Positions 47,518 to 56,076 of a stretch of 64,000 nt of DNA are shown here, one piece after another. The stretch lies in sequence record MK774614.2. The stretch is one strand, 5' to 3'. Each line of letters starts with the position of its first letter. The stretch's first letter is position 1. Position numbers and translations under genes: made by a program. The notes beneath the pieces are model-generated. The model saw nothing but the letters and a program-made list of their open reading frames with translations. It did no database searches and was not told the DNA's origin.

Positions 47518-48045
47518 ATGTTAAAACAAGTTTGTGTTCACACTGGTAAACGTCATCGTTTCTTTGTGATGGAAGAGGGAAGCGTTAGCAATTTTATCGA
47601 AGAAGTAAAGAAAGTTAAAACTGACGATCTTTATCCGACTGGTGCTGTTGAAGACTTTGATCTGTCAAAACGGTTTAACTCCCCGCATTTTAAGTTGCGT
47701 TTTAGTGTTGAACTGGGTTATTCTATACTTTCCTATGGTCTGAGTTCTACAGATGGGTTAGGGATACCTGGTTTCCTTGAACCTCATTCTGACTGCCGAG
47801 AAGCGGTAAACAAAATGGGCGTCAAGGAGTTTTTCTACCAAGCTGAAATAGACTTTCTTGCCGGGACGACTGATCCTAAAAAGTTTGACTTCACTGGAGA
47901 AGTTTATGGAACATTCCTTGATGAGGAAACCTTTGAACGTATCAAGGATACTCTAGAGAAACACGGTGTTCCATTGGACATTGCCCAGGAACTTATTTTG
48001 AAGAAATCGCTGAGAGAAAAGACATGCTCCCTCCAATCCCAGTAG
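47518..48045 (+). CDS. Hypothetical protein
   Basis: 175 aa, AAGGAAATAAAC RBS. Confidence 0.62.
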   Translation: MLKQVCVHTGKRHRFFVMEEGSVSNFIEEVKKVKTDDLYPTGAVEDFDLSKRFNSPHFKLRFSVELGYSILSYGLSSTDGLGIPGFLEPHSDCREAVNKMGVKEFFYQAEIDFLAGTTDPKKFDFTGEVYGTFLDEETFERIKDTLEKHGVPLDIAQELILKKSLREKTCSLQSQ

Positions 48046-48224
48046 ATGGAATACACACCGGCCTATTAACATTGCTGGAGCGCAGAGAGAAGGTAGCGAA
48101 ACAAAAACTCTGCTGTCCACGTTGTGACACCAATCAAGTCCAGCTAGTTAGCTGGACTAGTCCTGTTGTGGATTTAAAATGTCGGCGTTGTAAATACACC
48201 TTTAAATGGGATGCTAAAACGTAA
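48024..48224 (+). CDS. Small zinc-ribbon protein
   Basis: CPRC and CRRC pairs. Confidence 0.65.
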   Translation: MLPPIPVDGIHTGLLTLLERREKVAKQKLCCPRCDTNQVQLVSWTSPVVDLKCRRCKYTFKWDAKT

Positions 48225-48249
48225 CCACTTTTAGATAAGGAATAAACAG

Positions 48250-48696
48250 ATGAGTCAGTTCGAACCTAAAGGAACACCCAGTGAGAACCAAGACTGGTTT
48301 TATTACAACAGTTACTGGCGAACTTGGTCTCGCGTATTGTTAAGAATGGGTGGACAATTCCATACCCAAGTCGAAATTGATTTAACTCCCATCAACAACG
48401 AAAATAGCGAGTGGGAACACATCAAGAAGTTTAATGTCCGTGAACACCGTACTCCCACAGCCAGAGGGGATATTTGGACCCATTATCTTCCCGATGAAGT
48501 CTTAACACGGCTTCATAAACGGCTTTCTCTTAAACAGATTCATATCTTATTACACGCCGATGTGTTTAAGTTGATCGATCGAGATGTGCTTAAAGCAGCA
48601 AGCACGTCGCTGTGTTTAACCAAAGCGTGTAAAGCCGAACTCAAACCAGAATTACTTGCACTTTGGACAAGTGATCTATATTTCATTTACTTTTAG
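48250..48696 (+). CDS. Hypothetical protein
   Basis: 148 aa, AAGGAATAAAC RBS. Confidence 0.62.
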   Translation: MSQFEPKGTPSENQDWFYYNSYWRTWSRVLLRMGGQFHTQVEIDLTPINNENSEWEHIKKFNVREHRTPTARGDIWTHYLPDEVLTRLHKRLSLKQIHILLHADVFKLIDRDVLKAASTSLCLTKACKAELKPELLALWTSDLYFIYF

Positions 48697-48707
48697 GGAT
48701 TAATGCC

Positions 48708-49562
48708 ATGATTAATGTCTCTCGCCGTCTTAGCAATGTTTGGAGTAAATTGCAGTATCAATGGGGAGAAGTTTATATGTTCCCCGCCTGCCCCCCAGAA
48801 AACCATGGTGCAACCTCTGTCAGTGTGATTAGCGGTGAAACAATGATTGAAGGTTGGCCGGATGACAAGGTGATTGTTCATGTTGATCCTTGTGACCGTG
48901 TATTGTTGTTTAAACTCAATGAACCTAATAAGTTTATTGAACCATGGCACGGATCACAACCGGTTTGCACACTGAAACTTGAAGACATCAACACTACCAT
49001 GATGAACTTGATCGAGTTTCGGTTGTGTTGGGATTATCGGGCAGAATTTGTTTCAGCTATTTTGGAACACGCTTTGCTGTCCCCTCCTGTGGTTAAGCCC
49101 AGTAAGAAAACGTGGTGGGTGGGTGTGAAAGATGAGGGGTTTGATTTTATCTTTGCATCAAAACAACAGGTGGACAAACTCCAATCGGTTTATCAACAAA
49201 TCCCAGTTGAACAAATTCCGCTTCTGATGACAGTACCAGAACTCCCGGTTGATTTTTACATCGTTGAAAAGATCATCCATGTCTGGGTGCCGCATTTGCC
49301 AGAAGTGATGAATATCTGGAAAGGATCACTGGAAGCAAGGGAACATGTGCTGTTCACTCTGCCAGCAGGTGTTATCACGCATGTACTGCTTTCTGACACG
49401 ACCCACAACTTGGTTGCTGGGGATAAGCTTAACTGGGGTAAACGTTTGGTAGAGCGCTTCTGTGAAGCTGAAATCATCATGGATGATGAAGACGTACTGT
49501 CTTATCAATATCCCGTTGAAATTTCACCGGAACATGAACTCCTTCCCCTCCCTTCATTTTAA
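48708..49562 (+). CDS. Hypothetical protein
   Basis: 284 aa, co-directional. Confidence 0.62.
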   Translation: MINVSRRLSNVWSKLQYQWGEVYMFPACPPENHGATSVSVISGETMIEGWPDDKVIVHVDPCDRVLLFKLNEPNKFIEPWHGSQPVCTLKLEDINTTMMNLIEFRLCWDYRAEFVSAILEHALLSPPVVKPSKKTWWVGVKDEGFDFIFASKQQVDKLQSVYQQIPVEQIPLLMTVPELPVDFYIVEKIIHVWVPHLPEVMNIWKGSLEAREHVLFTLPAGVITHVLLSDTTHNLVAGDKLNWGKRLVERFCEAEIIMDDEDVLSYQYPVEISPEHELLPLPSF

Positions 49563-49571
49563 GGAAAAATT

Positions 49572-50390
49572 ATGACCACTAACTACTTGCGAATCAGTCC
49601 CACTCGTTTTGTAGTGACCGGATCTATTTGCGATGACCATATCCAAGTTGTTCCAGCGGATCAGTTTAAACAAGTTGTTAAAGATTGCGGATTAAAGAGC
49701 ACTTGGTCATTGTGGTTCGAATCAGGTTATTTCCCAAATGACACTAATGTCGTAGTGATCGTTGATCTGCTTCCAAGCCCGCCGATGAACCGTCAAGGAA
49801 CAACAGCAACGGGTGAAGAGATCCTTGGGATGATTGAACGGGACGAGTTTAACTATAGCTCAGATCCATTTAATCCCAAGTATACTGCAGATGGAGCGCC
49901 GGGGTCTGGGATTGCCTTGTTCCAGCCTTTGGGTAAGGACGCTTATCACGTACATCGTGAAGAATCCTACTTTGGTCAATACTTGCGAATTGAAGAAGTC
50001 CGAGAGCTGGTTGATGTGAAAGCAAAAGACTGGCGGATCTACTTTAACAGTGAAGTTGGTAAAGAAGCAGGCGTTATCATTGCTAAGGAAATTCCGTACA
50101 CCAATGGTGCACAGTGGGCAGATCTGGATCAAACGTTTAATCACTTTGGTGAAGTTATCGATTACTTGGAGCATAACAAGTTTTTGAGTGACTGGATCAA
50201 AGGAGAGAACAAACAAGATCCTGTTCCTTATCTGGAAACGGATTGGGATAACACCGATGTGAAAGTAACCGATGATGTGTTTGTTAAACAGGTAACTTAC
50301 ACGAAAGAAGAGGTGCTGGAGATCATCAGGTTCCTCCGACCTGATCTGGACGCTGATTCTAACATGTTGGTTAAACTGCTTCACAAGTAA
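49572..50390 (+). CDS. Hypothetical protein
   Basis: 272 aa, AAGGA RBS. C-terminal motif shared with 45553-46146. Confidence 0.65.
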   Translation: MTTNYLRISPTRFVVTGSICDDHIQVVPADQFKQVVKDCGLKSTWSLWFESGYFPNDTNVVVIVDLLPSPPMNRQGTTATGEEILGMIERDEFNYSSDPFNPKYTADGAPGSGIALFQPLGKDAYHVHREESYFGQYLRIEEVRELVDVKAKDWRIYFNSEVGKEAGVIIAKEIPYTNGAQWADLDQTFNHFGEVIDYLEHNKFLSDWIKGENKQDPVPYLETDWDNTDVKVTDDVFVKQVTYTKEEVLEIIRFLRPDLDADSNMLVKLLHK

Positions 50391-50396
50391 TGTTCT

Positions 50397-50426
50397 GTTC
50401 CTAGGGAGTGAAAACTCCCTAGGAAC
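50397..50426. terminator. Stem-loop terminator
   Basis: 13-bp perfect stem gttcctagggagt/actccctaggaac, GAAA loop. Confidence 0.75.
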
Positions 50427-50442
50427 TTATAAGGTTATTTTT

Positions 50443-50541
50443 ATGTCCACAGTAAAAAAGAAGAAAAGTCTCTATCTTTCGCAACAAATTTTGTTTCGTC
50501 TTCGTAAACGATTTAAACATAAGGAAAAACAGAGTGTTTAA
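50443..50541 (+). CDS. Small basic peptide (32 aa)
   Basis: MSTVKKKKSLYLSQQILFRLRKRFKHKEKQSV, AAGG RBS, overlaps the next start. Confidence 0.35.
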   Translation: MSTVKKKKSLYLSQQILFRLRKRFKHKEKQSV

Positions 50542-50944
50542 AAACTTATGGTTTTGGTTAAGGGTGCGATGGCTAATCGTCTATTTTAATCTTTGGCAAT
50601 TTAAAGAGCGGGTATTAAATGCATGTTTTTGTCCTAAAAGGAACCATGTATTAACCCAAGGTCACATCATTAACTTGAGAATGGGAAATGACGTTATTCT
50701 TATTCGCCATTGTACTTGGTGGTTTGGACGACAAGGATTTAAATTAATTGGTGTAAAATACCCAGTTAATTCTGGTATAAGGCTGGTTGGTCAAGATGTT
50801 TGTTTACGGCTTAAACCAAACGAAACTGCATCGCAAGCAGTGATCCGTTATAATGCAACGGTAAGAAAGGTTCACGATGCCGCAGAACAGATCAACCAAA
50901 TTACAAAAGAATTAAATAGCAAGTCACCTTTCATAAAAGCATAA
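50534..50944 (+). CDS. Hypothetical protein
   Basis: 136 aa, GTG start after AAGGA. Confidence 0.55.
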   Translation: MFKNLWFWLRVRWLIVYFNLWQFKERVLNACFCPKRNHVLTQGHIINLRMGNDVILIRHCTWWFGRQGFKLIGVKYPVNSGIRLVGQDVCLRLKPNETASQAVIRYNATVRKVHDAAEQINQITKELNSKSPFIKA

Positions 50945-50953
50945 GGAAACCCC

Positions 50954-51502
50954 ATGAACGTTATTAAAAATCTGAAATTCTTCCGTGTCTCCGCTGTTCA
51001 AATGAACCGCCGCAATTACGGCTTGGCTTTTTATTTGGATCGGGGGGCGCTGAACGAGGAACTCAAAAACAATCCTCCTACTGAGAATGACAACGAAGTT
51101 CAAACAGTTGAAACCGAAAATGGATTTGAAGAAGTCCAATTCGTTAAAGGAACGTTTAGTCAGTCTCAATTTCCTTTTGGAAGTGAAACCGTGCTAATCG
51201 GAAACATGGTAAAGGAATTGGCTTCTCGTGAACGCACTGGGTGGAACGGTGAGAAGATCGATCTCCCTTCCCAAGCACGAACCATTTTGCAAGGTTTTGG
51301 TAAATCCACTCTGACTGTTCAAAGTCGTTTTGATCAAGACGGTTTCTTGGTTCAGATCTTTGTTGGAACAAAACGTGCCTTTATGAAGGGTGTTGTCAAT
51401 CGTCACGCTTGGACACCCAGTAGTAACGAAGAGCTGGTTGTTATCCAACAATCTTGGCCAGAACTTTTTAAACACTTCTTTATTATCCCTACTGCAATTT
51501 AA
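50954..51502 (+). CDS. Hypothetical protein
   Basis: 182 aa, AAGGA RBS. Confidence 0.62.
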   Translation: MNVIKNLKFFRVSAVQMNRRNYGLAFYLDRGALNEELKNNPPTENDNEVQTVETENGFEEVQFVKGTFSQSQFPFGSETVLIGNMVKELASRERTGWNGEKIDLPSQARTILQGFGKSTLTVQSRFDQDGFLVQIFVGTKRAFMKGVVNRHAWTPSSNEELVVIQQSWPELFKHFFIIPTAI

Positions 51503-51530
51503 GTTGATGTAACTTTCAGACCTATATTAC
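51498..51530 (+). promoter_or_regulatory. Phage promoter-like motif, copy 5 (TATATTAC variant)
   Basis: tttaagttgatgtaactttcagacctatattac aligns without gaps to 33201-33233. Followed by hairpin aacgtgata...tatcacgtt. Confidence 0.65.
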
Positions 51531-51590
51531 CAACGTGATAGATACACAACGTTTTATCACGTTATTTACTTTACTTAGAAGGAATAAAAC

Positions 51591-51983
51591 ATGAATACCA
51601 TGCTCAACGAAATGTTTGCCCAGACATTTAAACGTAAACATTACGGTCTGAAAGCCACGTTCCGTTTTCTCAAAGATGACGAAACCATCGATCAAGCGGA
51701 TCATCAATTTGCAGTTCTGGGATTTGGGATCTTTAAGTTTAAAGATCAAGACCATTTGGAAGAGTATCTGGAACATCGCCAGCAGGAGTCTTTGGGTACC
51801 TGTTGGGAGTCCAAGGTGCTTGCACACCTCATGAAACATCCAGAAGAGTTCGCCATTGGGTATAAATTGATTTTGATTGCACGTCTTCTTGATCGTCCGA
51901 ACGATGTTGCTGTTTGGCCAACTTCAGTTCCTGGCGATAAAGTGGGTGAGTATGATCAACGTGTGTTTATTCGTAAATTGTAA
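51591..51983 (+). CDS. Hypothetical protein
   Basis: 130 aa, AAGGAATAAAAC RBS. Confidence 0.62.
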   Translation: MNTMLNEMFAQTFKRKHYGLKATFRFLKDDETIDQADHQFAVLGFGIFKFKDQDHLEEYLEHRQQESLGTCWESKVLAHLMKHPEEFAIGYKLILIARLLDRPNDVAVWPTSVPGDKVGEYDQRVFIRKL

Positions 51984-51996
51984 AAAGGAGTTTACC

Positions 51997-52350
51997 ATGA
52001 ACGTAATTAAATACTTCCTGATCTCGCTGTTGTTCTTGGGCTTTAGTGCTAAAGCAGAGCCTCAAGATCCCTTTCTAGTGCAGAGTGGGGAGCAAGGGAA
52101 CTACTTGGTTATCCAGTTGACTTCTGTGGTAGATGAAGTGACTGTAAATAGTGTTTGGGTTAACCGAGGTGGGTGTGATAATCCTTCCTTGGGAAATCCG
52201 GGAAAAGGAACAAAGATCCGTTACGGTCAATCTAAGAACTACCGCTGGATGATTTATAATTCCATGAATGGTAACAGCTATCCTTGTAACGTACTGGAAA
52301 TCGAAGTCCGTACTACTGAAGGTAATTGGACTTACTATCCCCAGCACTAG
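51997..52350 (+). CDS. Secreted (periplasmic) beta-rich protein
   Basis: Sec signal MNVIKYFLISLLFLGFSAKA with an AxA cleavage site, AAGGAG RBS, two Cys, VNRGGC motif. The track start 51877 is too early. Confidence 0.7.
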   Translation: MNVIKYFLISLLFLGFSAKAEPQDPFLVQSGEQGNYLVIQLTSVVDEVTVNSVWVNRGGCDNPSLGNPGKGTKIRYGQSKNYRWMIYNSMNGNSYPCNVLEIEVRTTEGNWTYYPQH

Positions 52351-52353
52351 GAG

Positions 52354-52803
52354 ATGATCATGAAACAAATCAGTTTTCCTGTGAAACCCGGACGGATCAA
52401 TATCTTTCGACTGGGATACACCGACCCTGGGATGAGAGACGCCAACGCGTTTATTTTGATCGCCGGGGAAGAAGAGAAAGACGAACTTCTCCAAGTCCCA
52501 GATTGGGTATCGGATCAGTGGGACATTCATGAACCCGTAGATTACGAAGCACAAAACTTTGCTGATCTATTTGATATCATGGAAGCGGATGAAGTTGGTG
52601 AACATGATCTGCGCGAGTCCATGGAAACCCTGCTGGATGATACTGACAACCAACCGGTTTGTTATGAAATCAACGAAGAAGGATTTCAAGCCATCCTCGT
52701 GCTACCAGAAAGGCAATTCAGCGGACGGTTCCAAGAACACTGGGATCGGGTTGATGAAGAAGATGCGTTTGAAGATTTGTCCATTATTGCACGTCACGAT
52801 TAA
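52354..52803 (+). CDS. Acidic hypothetical protein
   Basis: 149 aa, D/E-rich, GGAG RBS. Confidence 0.62.
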   Translation: MIMKQISFPVKPGRINIFRLGYTDPGMRDANAFILIAGEEEKDELLQVPDWVSDQWDIHEPVDYEAQNFADLFDIMEADEVGEHDLRESMETLLDDTDNQPVCYEINEEGFQAILVLPERQFSGRFQEHWDRVDEEDAFEDLSIIARHD

Positions 52804-52823
52804 TTAACCATTAAGGAAGTGTT

Positions 52824-53201
52824 ATGACTGTAAAAGGTATCAAAGAAAACCAAATCATCGTAGGAACTGTGAAGTCTGGTAAAGTGGGAGTGTTGCCTAG
52901 TAAGGTGATCATCTCCTCTTCTAAAGGCAGCGTGGAAGATCTGGGGGTCCAGCTGGATTGGATCACGCCACCGGAAATCATCGAAACTGAGAGTGTTAAA
53001 ACCCCAGCACAGATGGTGAAGGCGATCCAAAAACACGCTCGATCTTTGGAGAAAGAAGCAGGTACTCGACTCCAATGTCTTTTGGACTCTTTGACTACCT
53101 CTTCTCGCCAACACTTCTACGATGACGGTACCGATGACAACTGCATCTCGATCTGGATTTCCAAGAACACTCAATTGGATCTGGGTAAGTTTTGCGTCTA
53201 A
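52824..53201 (+). CDS. Hypothetical protein
   Basis: 125 aa, AAGGA RBS. Confidence 0.6.
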   Translation: MTVKGIKENQIIVGTVKSGKVGVLPSKVIISSSKGSVEDLGVQLDWITPPEIIETESVKTPAQMVKAIQKHARSLEKEAGTRLQCLLDSLTTSSRQHFYDDGTDDNCISIWISKNTQLDLGKFCV

Positions 53202-53218
53202 ACTCTGGGGTGAGTTAA

Positions 53219-53581
53219 ATGAATATTTTCGATATAGTAGAAGCGAAGAAGTCTAACATTAGCAATGAAGATTTTCAGAAGCTGTGGGACACTGTTACCA
53301 ATAAACATGTCCGTGCTGTGTTGAAGGAAGTGTCCTGTAAACTGGGTGATCGAGATCCGAACGGAAATGAATTTAGCAAAGCTAATCTTCAAAGCGCGCT
53401 AAAGAACATTTGTTGTTTCGAAAGTATCCGGTTTGAATCTTACAAGGAAAGTGCAGCTGTACTAGCTATGATCAAGGTCATCTATGAACAGGCACTGTAT
53501 TTGAAAGATCCAGATGTGGTCTATAAAGAACTCGAAACTCATTTCGAGCACTATTATAGTTTGTTGGACAAACCGTTCTAA
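53219..53581 (+). CDS. Hypothetical protein
   Basis: 120 aa, followed by a terminator. Confidence 0.6.
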   Translation: MNIFDIVEAKKSNISNEDFQKLWDTVTNKHVRAVLKEVSCKLGDRDPNGNEFSKANLQSALKNICCFESIRFESYKESAAVLAMIKVIYEQALYLKDPDVVYKELETHFEHYYSLLDKPF

Positions 53582-53590
53582 ATAACAACG

Positions 53591-53625
53591 ATGGATCTGG
53601 GGAAACCTGGATCCATTTTCTTTCT
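53591..53625 (+). terminator. Intrinsic terminator
   Basis: atggatc-tggggaaacctg-gatccat plus T tail. Confidence 0.72.
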
Positions 53626-53656
53626 GTTTTATTTTAGTATAAATTAAAGAGGAACT

Positions 53657-54115
53657 ATGTTTAAATATCTATTTGGGAAAATGCGTCAAAATGATGAAAC
53701 GGGTGAAGAAACGCATCGCGAAGACGCACTTGCAATTACCCGCCGTTGTGATTCGTATCAGCATCGTGACATGGCACGTGATATTTCAATGATTCCGTTT
53801 AATGGCGGGTTTTGTGGTTCTGCATTAAATTTTGATAACGCCTATCTTCCAGGACAGTTTAACGGAGAGTCAGTTTCCTGTCGGGTTAAAACCGAAGGAG
53901 ATGCAAAGAAGATTGAAGAGTTTGTTAAAGAAACAGATATCTTCGTTTGTAAGTTCGGTAAATCAGAATACCTGGTTGCGCTCTTTATTCCAAAAGGTAA
54001 TACGGTTGCTGATCCCTACAATAAAGAGATCAAACCGAATGATTGGAAGAAAGTTTCTCCTGAAGAGTTTTGTGCGCTCTTTAAAGAAGTCTTTGATAAT
54101 CCCTATTACATGTAA
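53657..54115 (+). CDS. Hypothetical protein
   Basis: 152 aa, GAGGA RBS. Confidence 0.62.
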   Translation: MFKYLFGKMRQNDETGEETHREDALAITRRCDSYQHRDMARDISMIPFNGGFCGSALNFDNAYLPGQFNGESVSCRVKTEGDAKKIEEFVKETDIFVCKFGKSEYLVALFIPKGNTVADPYNKEIKPNDWKKVSPEEFCALFKEVFDNPYYM

Positions 54116-54118
54116 TAA

Positions 54119-54148
54119 AGCTAGAGAACCCCAAAGGGTTCTCTAGCT
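54119..54148. terminator. Bidirectional intrinsic terminator
   Basis: 13-bp perfect stem between convergent genes. Confidence 0.78.
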
Positions 54149-54163
54149 CAACATACTTTTTTT

Positions 54164-54844
54164 TTAAATTGTTGCTGGATAATAAACATCTAACGTTTGC
54201 AAAGTTAAATTAGGGGCTTTGAATTTTGCTGTTCCGATGGTTCTTGCTTGAATTGTTTTTGTTGCGAATCCTTCCACGTTAGGATTCACATCCTTGACCA
54301 ATGTAGTTAATCCCACAGAGTGTTGACTATTATTGACAAGAACCTCCTCAGGGATCTCTATATCTAATTCTATCTCGTCCCAATAGATTTCCCCTAATGC
54401 TTTCCAGCAATCGTCTACAGTGTGCTTAGTGGGGTTTAATAAGAGCACATATTTGTTTTGATCATTGATGTGATAAAGTCCAAACGTATATGCCCCATTA
54501 CCAATCCCTGCTTCAAACTCCACCAAGGTCATTGAAGGAACATCAATAAAATGATCTTTATAAATTAATGGTAAATCGACCATCTTCAATTCTGCATCCG
54601 CGTAAAAGTATTCAGTGCGTCTTGATAGAAAACAAGCGATCAATTTTCCATTGGGAAATAACGTCGGTGGTTCTATTTGAACATCTTCGTTTTTAAGGTC
54701 GTAATATTTGGCAATCGCTTCGTCGTATTTCTTCAGGCCTTTTTGAGCGATCATCTTATCGGCAAGATCAGCTAAATACAGTTTTACCGATGAGAATAAC
54801 GGATCTTTAATCCGCTTACTTCTAACAATCTTGTCAGTTATCAT
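54164..54844 (-). CDS. Probable virion-associated protein sharing its N-terminal domain with 42060-45266
   Basis: RIKDPLFSSVKLYL versus WIRDPLFTPIKQFL, and CFLSRR..FYADAELKMVDL versus CLVRR..FARVDLNLEQVRL. Confidence 0.6.
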   Translation of the reverse strand: MITDKIVRSKRIKDPLFSSVKLYLADLADKMIAQKGLKKYDEAIAKYYDLKNEDVQIEPPTLFPNGKLIACFLSRRTEYFYADAELKMVDLPLIYKDHFIDVPSMTLVEFEAGIGNGAYTFGLYHINDQNKYVLLLNPTKHTVDDCWKALGEIYWDEIELDIEIPEEVLVNNSQHSVGLTTLVKDVNPNVEGFATKTIQARTIGTAKFKAPNLTLQTLDVYYPATI

Positions 54845-54894
54845 GATTTAACACCCGGTTCGCAATTATAAGGTATTTGTTCAAACAATCAATC

Positions 54895-54920
54895 TCTATA
54901 ATTTTTCAAGTAGATATTAT
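54895..54920 (+). promoter_or_regulatory. Phage promoter-like motif, copy 6
   Basis: tctataatttttcaagtagatattat, a hybrid of the two sub-types. Confidence 0.75.
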
Positions 54921-54960
54921 CTTTATGTACGAATACCGGGATTATTCATTAGGAGGACAT

Positions 54961-55380
54961 GTGTTTACTGGACCAGAATTTGATTACTACTACGAAGGAA
55001 CGGTTGATGAAAATATCAGAGCGTTCTTTGGGAGTAAACAAGCGATGCATGAAAGTAAACTGTTTCGCCAAATGGAATCGGTGAAATTGGAAATGATAGT
55101 CTTACAAGGGGATTTGGAAATATTTCAATATAAACTAGGGTTTATTAATCAATGTCGAGTAAATAGTTTTAATCGCTCTCTAAACGCGTTTATTGATCTT
55201 TGCGATATCCACATGTGTTTTGCTACTAAGCACGGGTTGGAAGTGATTACAGAAGCATCTAGACGCATTAGAAAACGGTTTAAACGTTTAATAGCTCAAC
55301 TTTACGATTTCAGTAAAGAAATCGAATTATTGGATCAACAATTTAGTATAAGGAATAAACATGACTCTCATTGCATTTGA
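54961..55380 (+). CDS. Hypothetical protein
   Basis: In-frame GTG at 54961 after AGGAGG. The track start 54877 overlaps the promoter motif (ATG 54925 is an alternative). Confidence 0.55.
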   Translation: MFTGPEFDYYYEGTVDENIRAFFGSKQAMHESKLFRQMESVKLEMIVLQGDLEIFQYKLGFINQCRVNSFNRSLNAFIDLCDIHMCFATKHGLEVITEASRRIRKRFKRLIAQLYDFSKEIELLDQQFSIRNKHDSHCI

Positions 55381-56065
55381 CGGTAAGCATTTAGTTGTTG
55401 ATGGCGCTTCCACATTAGAAAATCCCCGCTATAAAAAGTCAGGGGATGTGTTTCATTTAATGAAAATTGTTGTCCCTAATTTTAAGTGGTATGATGAAGA
55501 GAGTAAACATGAGATCTGTGCGTTAGTCGGTACTGGAACGACATCTGATATTAAAGATGTTATCGAAGAATTAATGGTCGCTGGAAAACTTGAGTTACCG
55601 GGTCACGATCATTTTACTCGTATACAAAAGCTATTAAGAGAACGTGTTCACTGTCAAATTGTAACAGTTGGTTTTGATTATTCAACAGGCGAGAAACAAC
55701 CTTGGGTCGGATCTCTTTTCAAAAGTATCGATTTTGAAGATAGTTATTTTCGTTACAGCAGGTTTAATCCAACCATCCCAGCGATTGCTGGTTATACAGA
55801 AGAATTCCCAAAATGGGAACTTGGTAAGGGATGGAATAATGCAGTTGAAATCGTATCGTTGGGTGCTGTATTGTATCCAGAAAAGATCGGTGGACTGTTA
55901 ACTCGGTTTAATTTGGAAACAGGTAAACTCGATCATCCTAAATTAACCGGAAATGGTCGGTTAAATAAAATGCTCTATCAGTATGAAAAGGAGCGCCTGG
56001 CGGAAATTAAAAAGAAATTCTCAAAAGCCCGCGAGTTTGTCGCTAGTCCTATTAATACGTATTAA
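55361..56065 (+). CDS. Ntn-hydrolase (proteasome-beta/HslV-like) family protein
   Basis: Thr at position 2 (MTLIAFDGKHLVVDGAST), downstream Lys (MKIV), GTG..SD, C-terminal AVEIV..GA......GG. AAGGAATAAAC RBS fixes the start. Confidence 0.6.
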   Translation: MTLIAFDGKHLVVDGASTLENPRYKKSGDVFHLMKIVVPNFKWYDEESKHEICALVGTGTTSDIKDVIEELMVAGKLELPGHDHFTRIQKLLRERVHCQIVTVGFDYSTGEKQPWVGSLFKSIDFEDSYFRYSRFNPTIPAIAGYTEEFPKWELGKGWNNAVEIVSLGAVLYPEKIGGLLTRFNLETGKLDHPKLTGNGRLNKMLYQYEKERLAEIKKKFSKAREFVASPINTY

Positions 56066-56076
56066 CATTTTAGGAA

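Noticed and set aside
54157-54165. T9 run as a phase-variation or frameshift site
   Set aside because: It lies at the end of the minus-strand gene next to a terminator hairpin and is better explained as a terminator tail.
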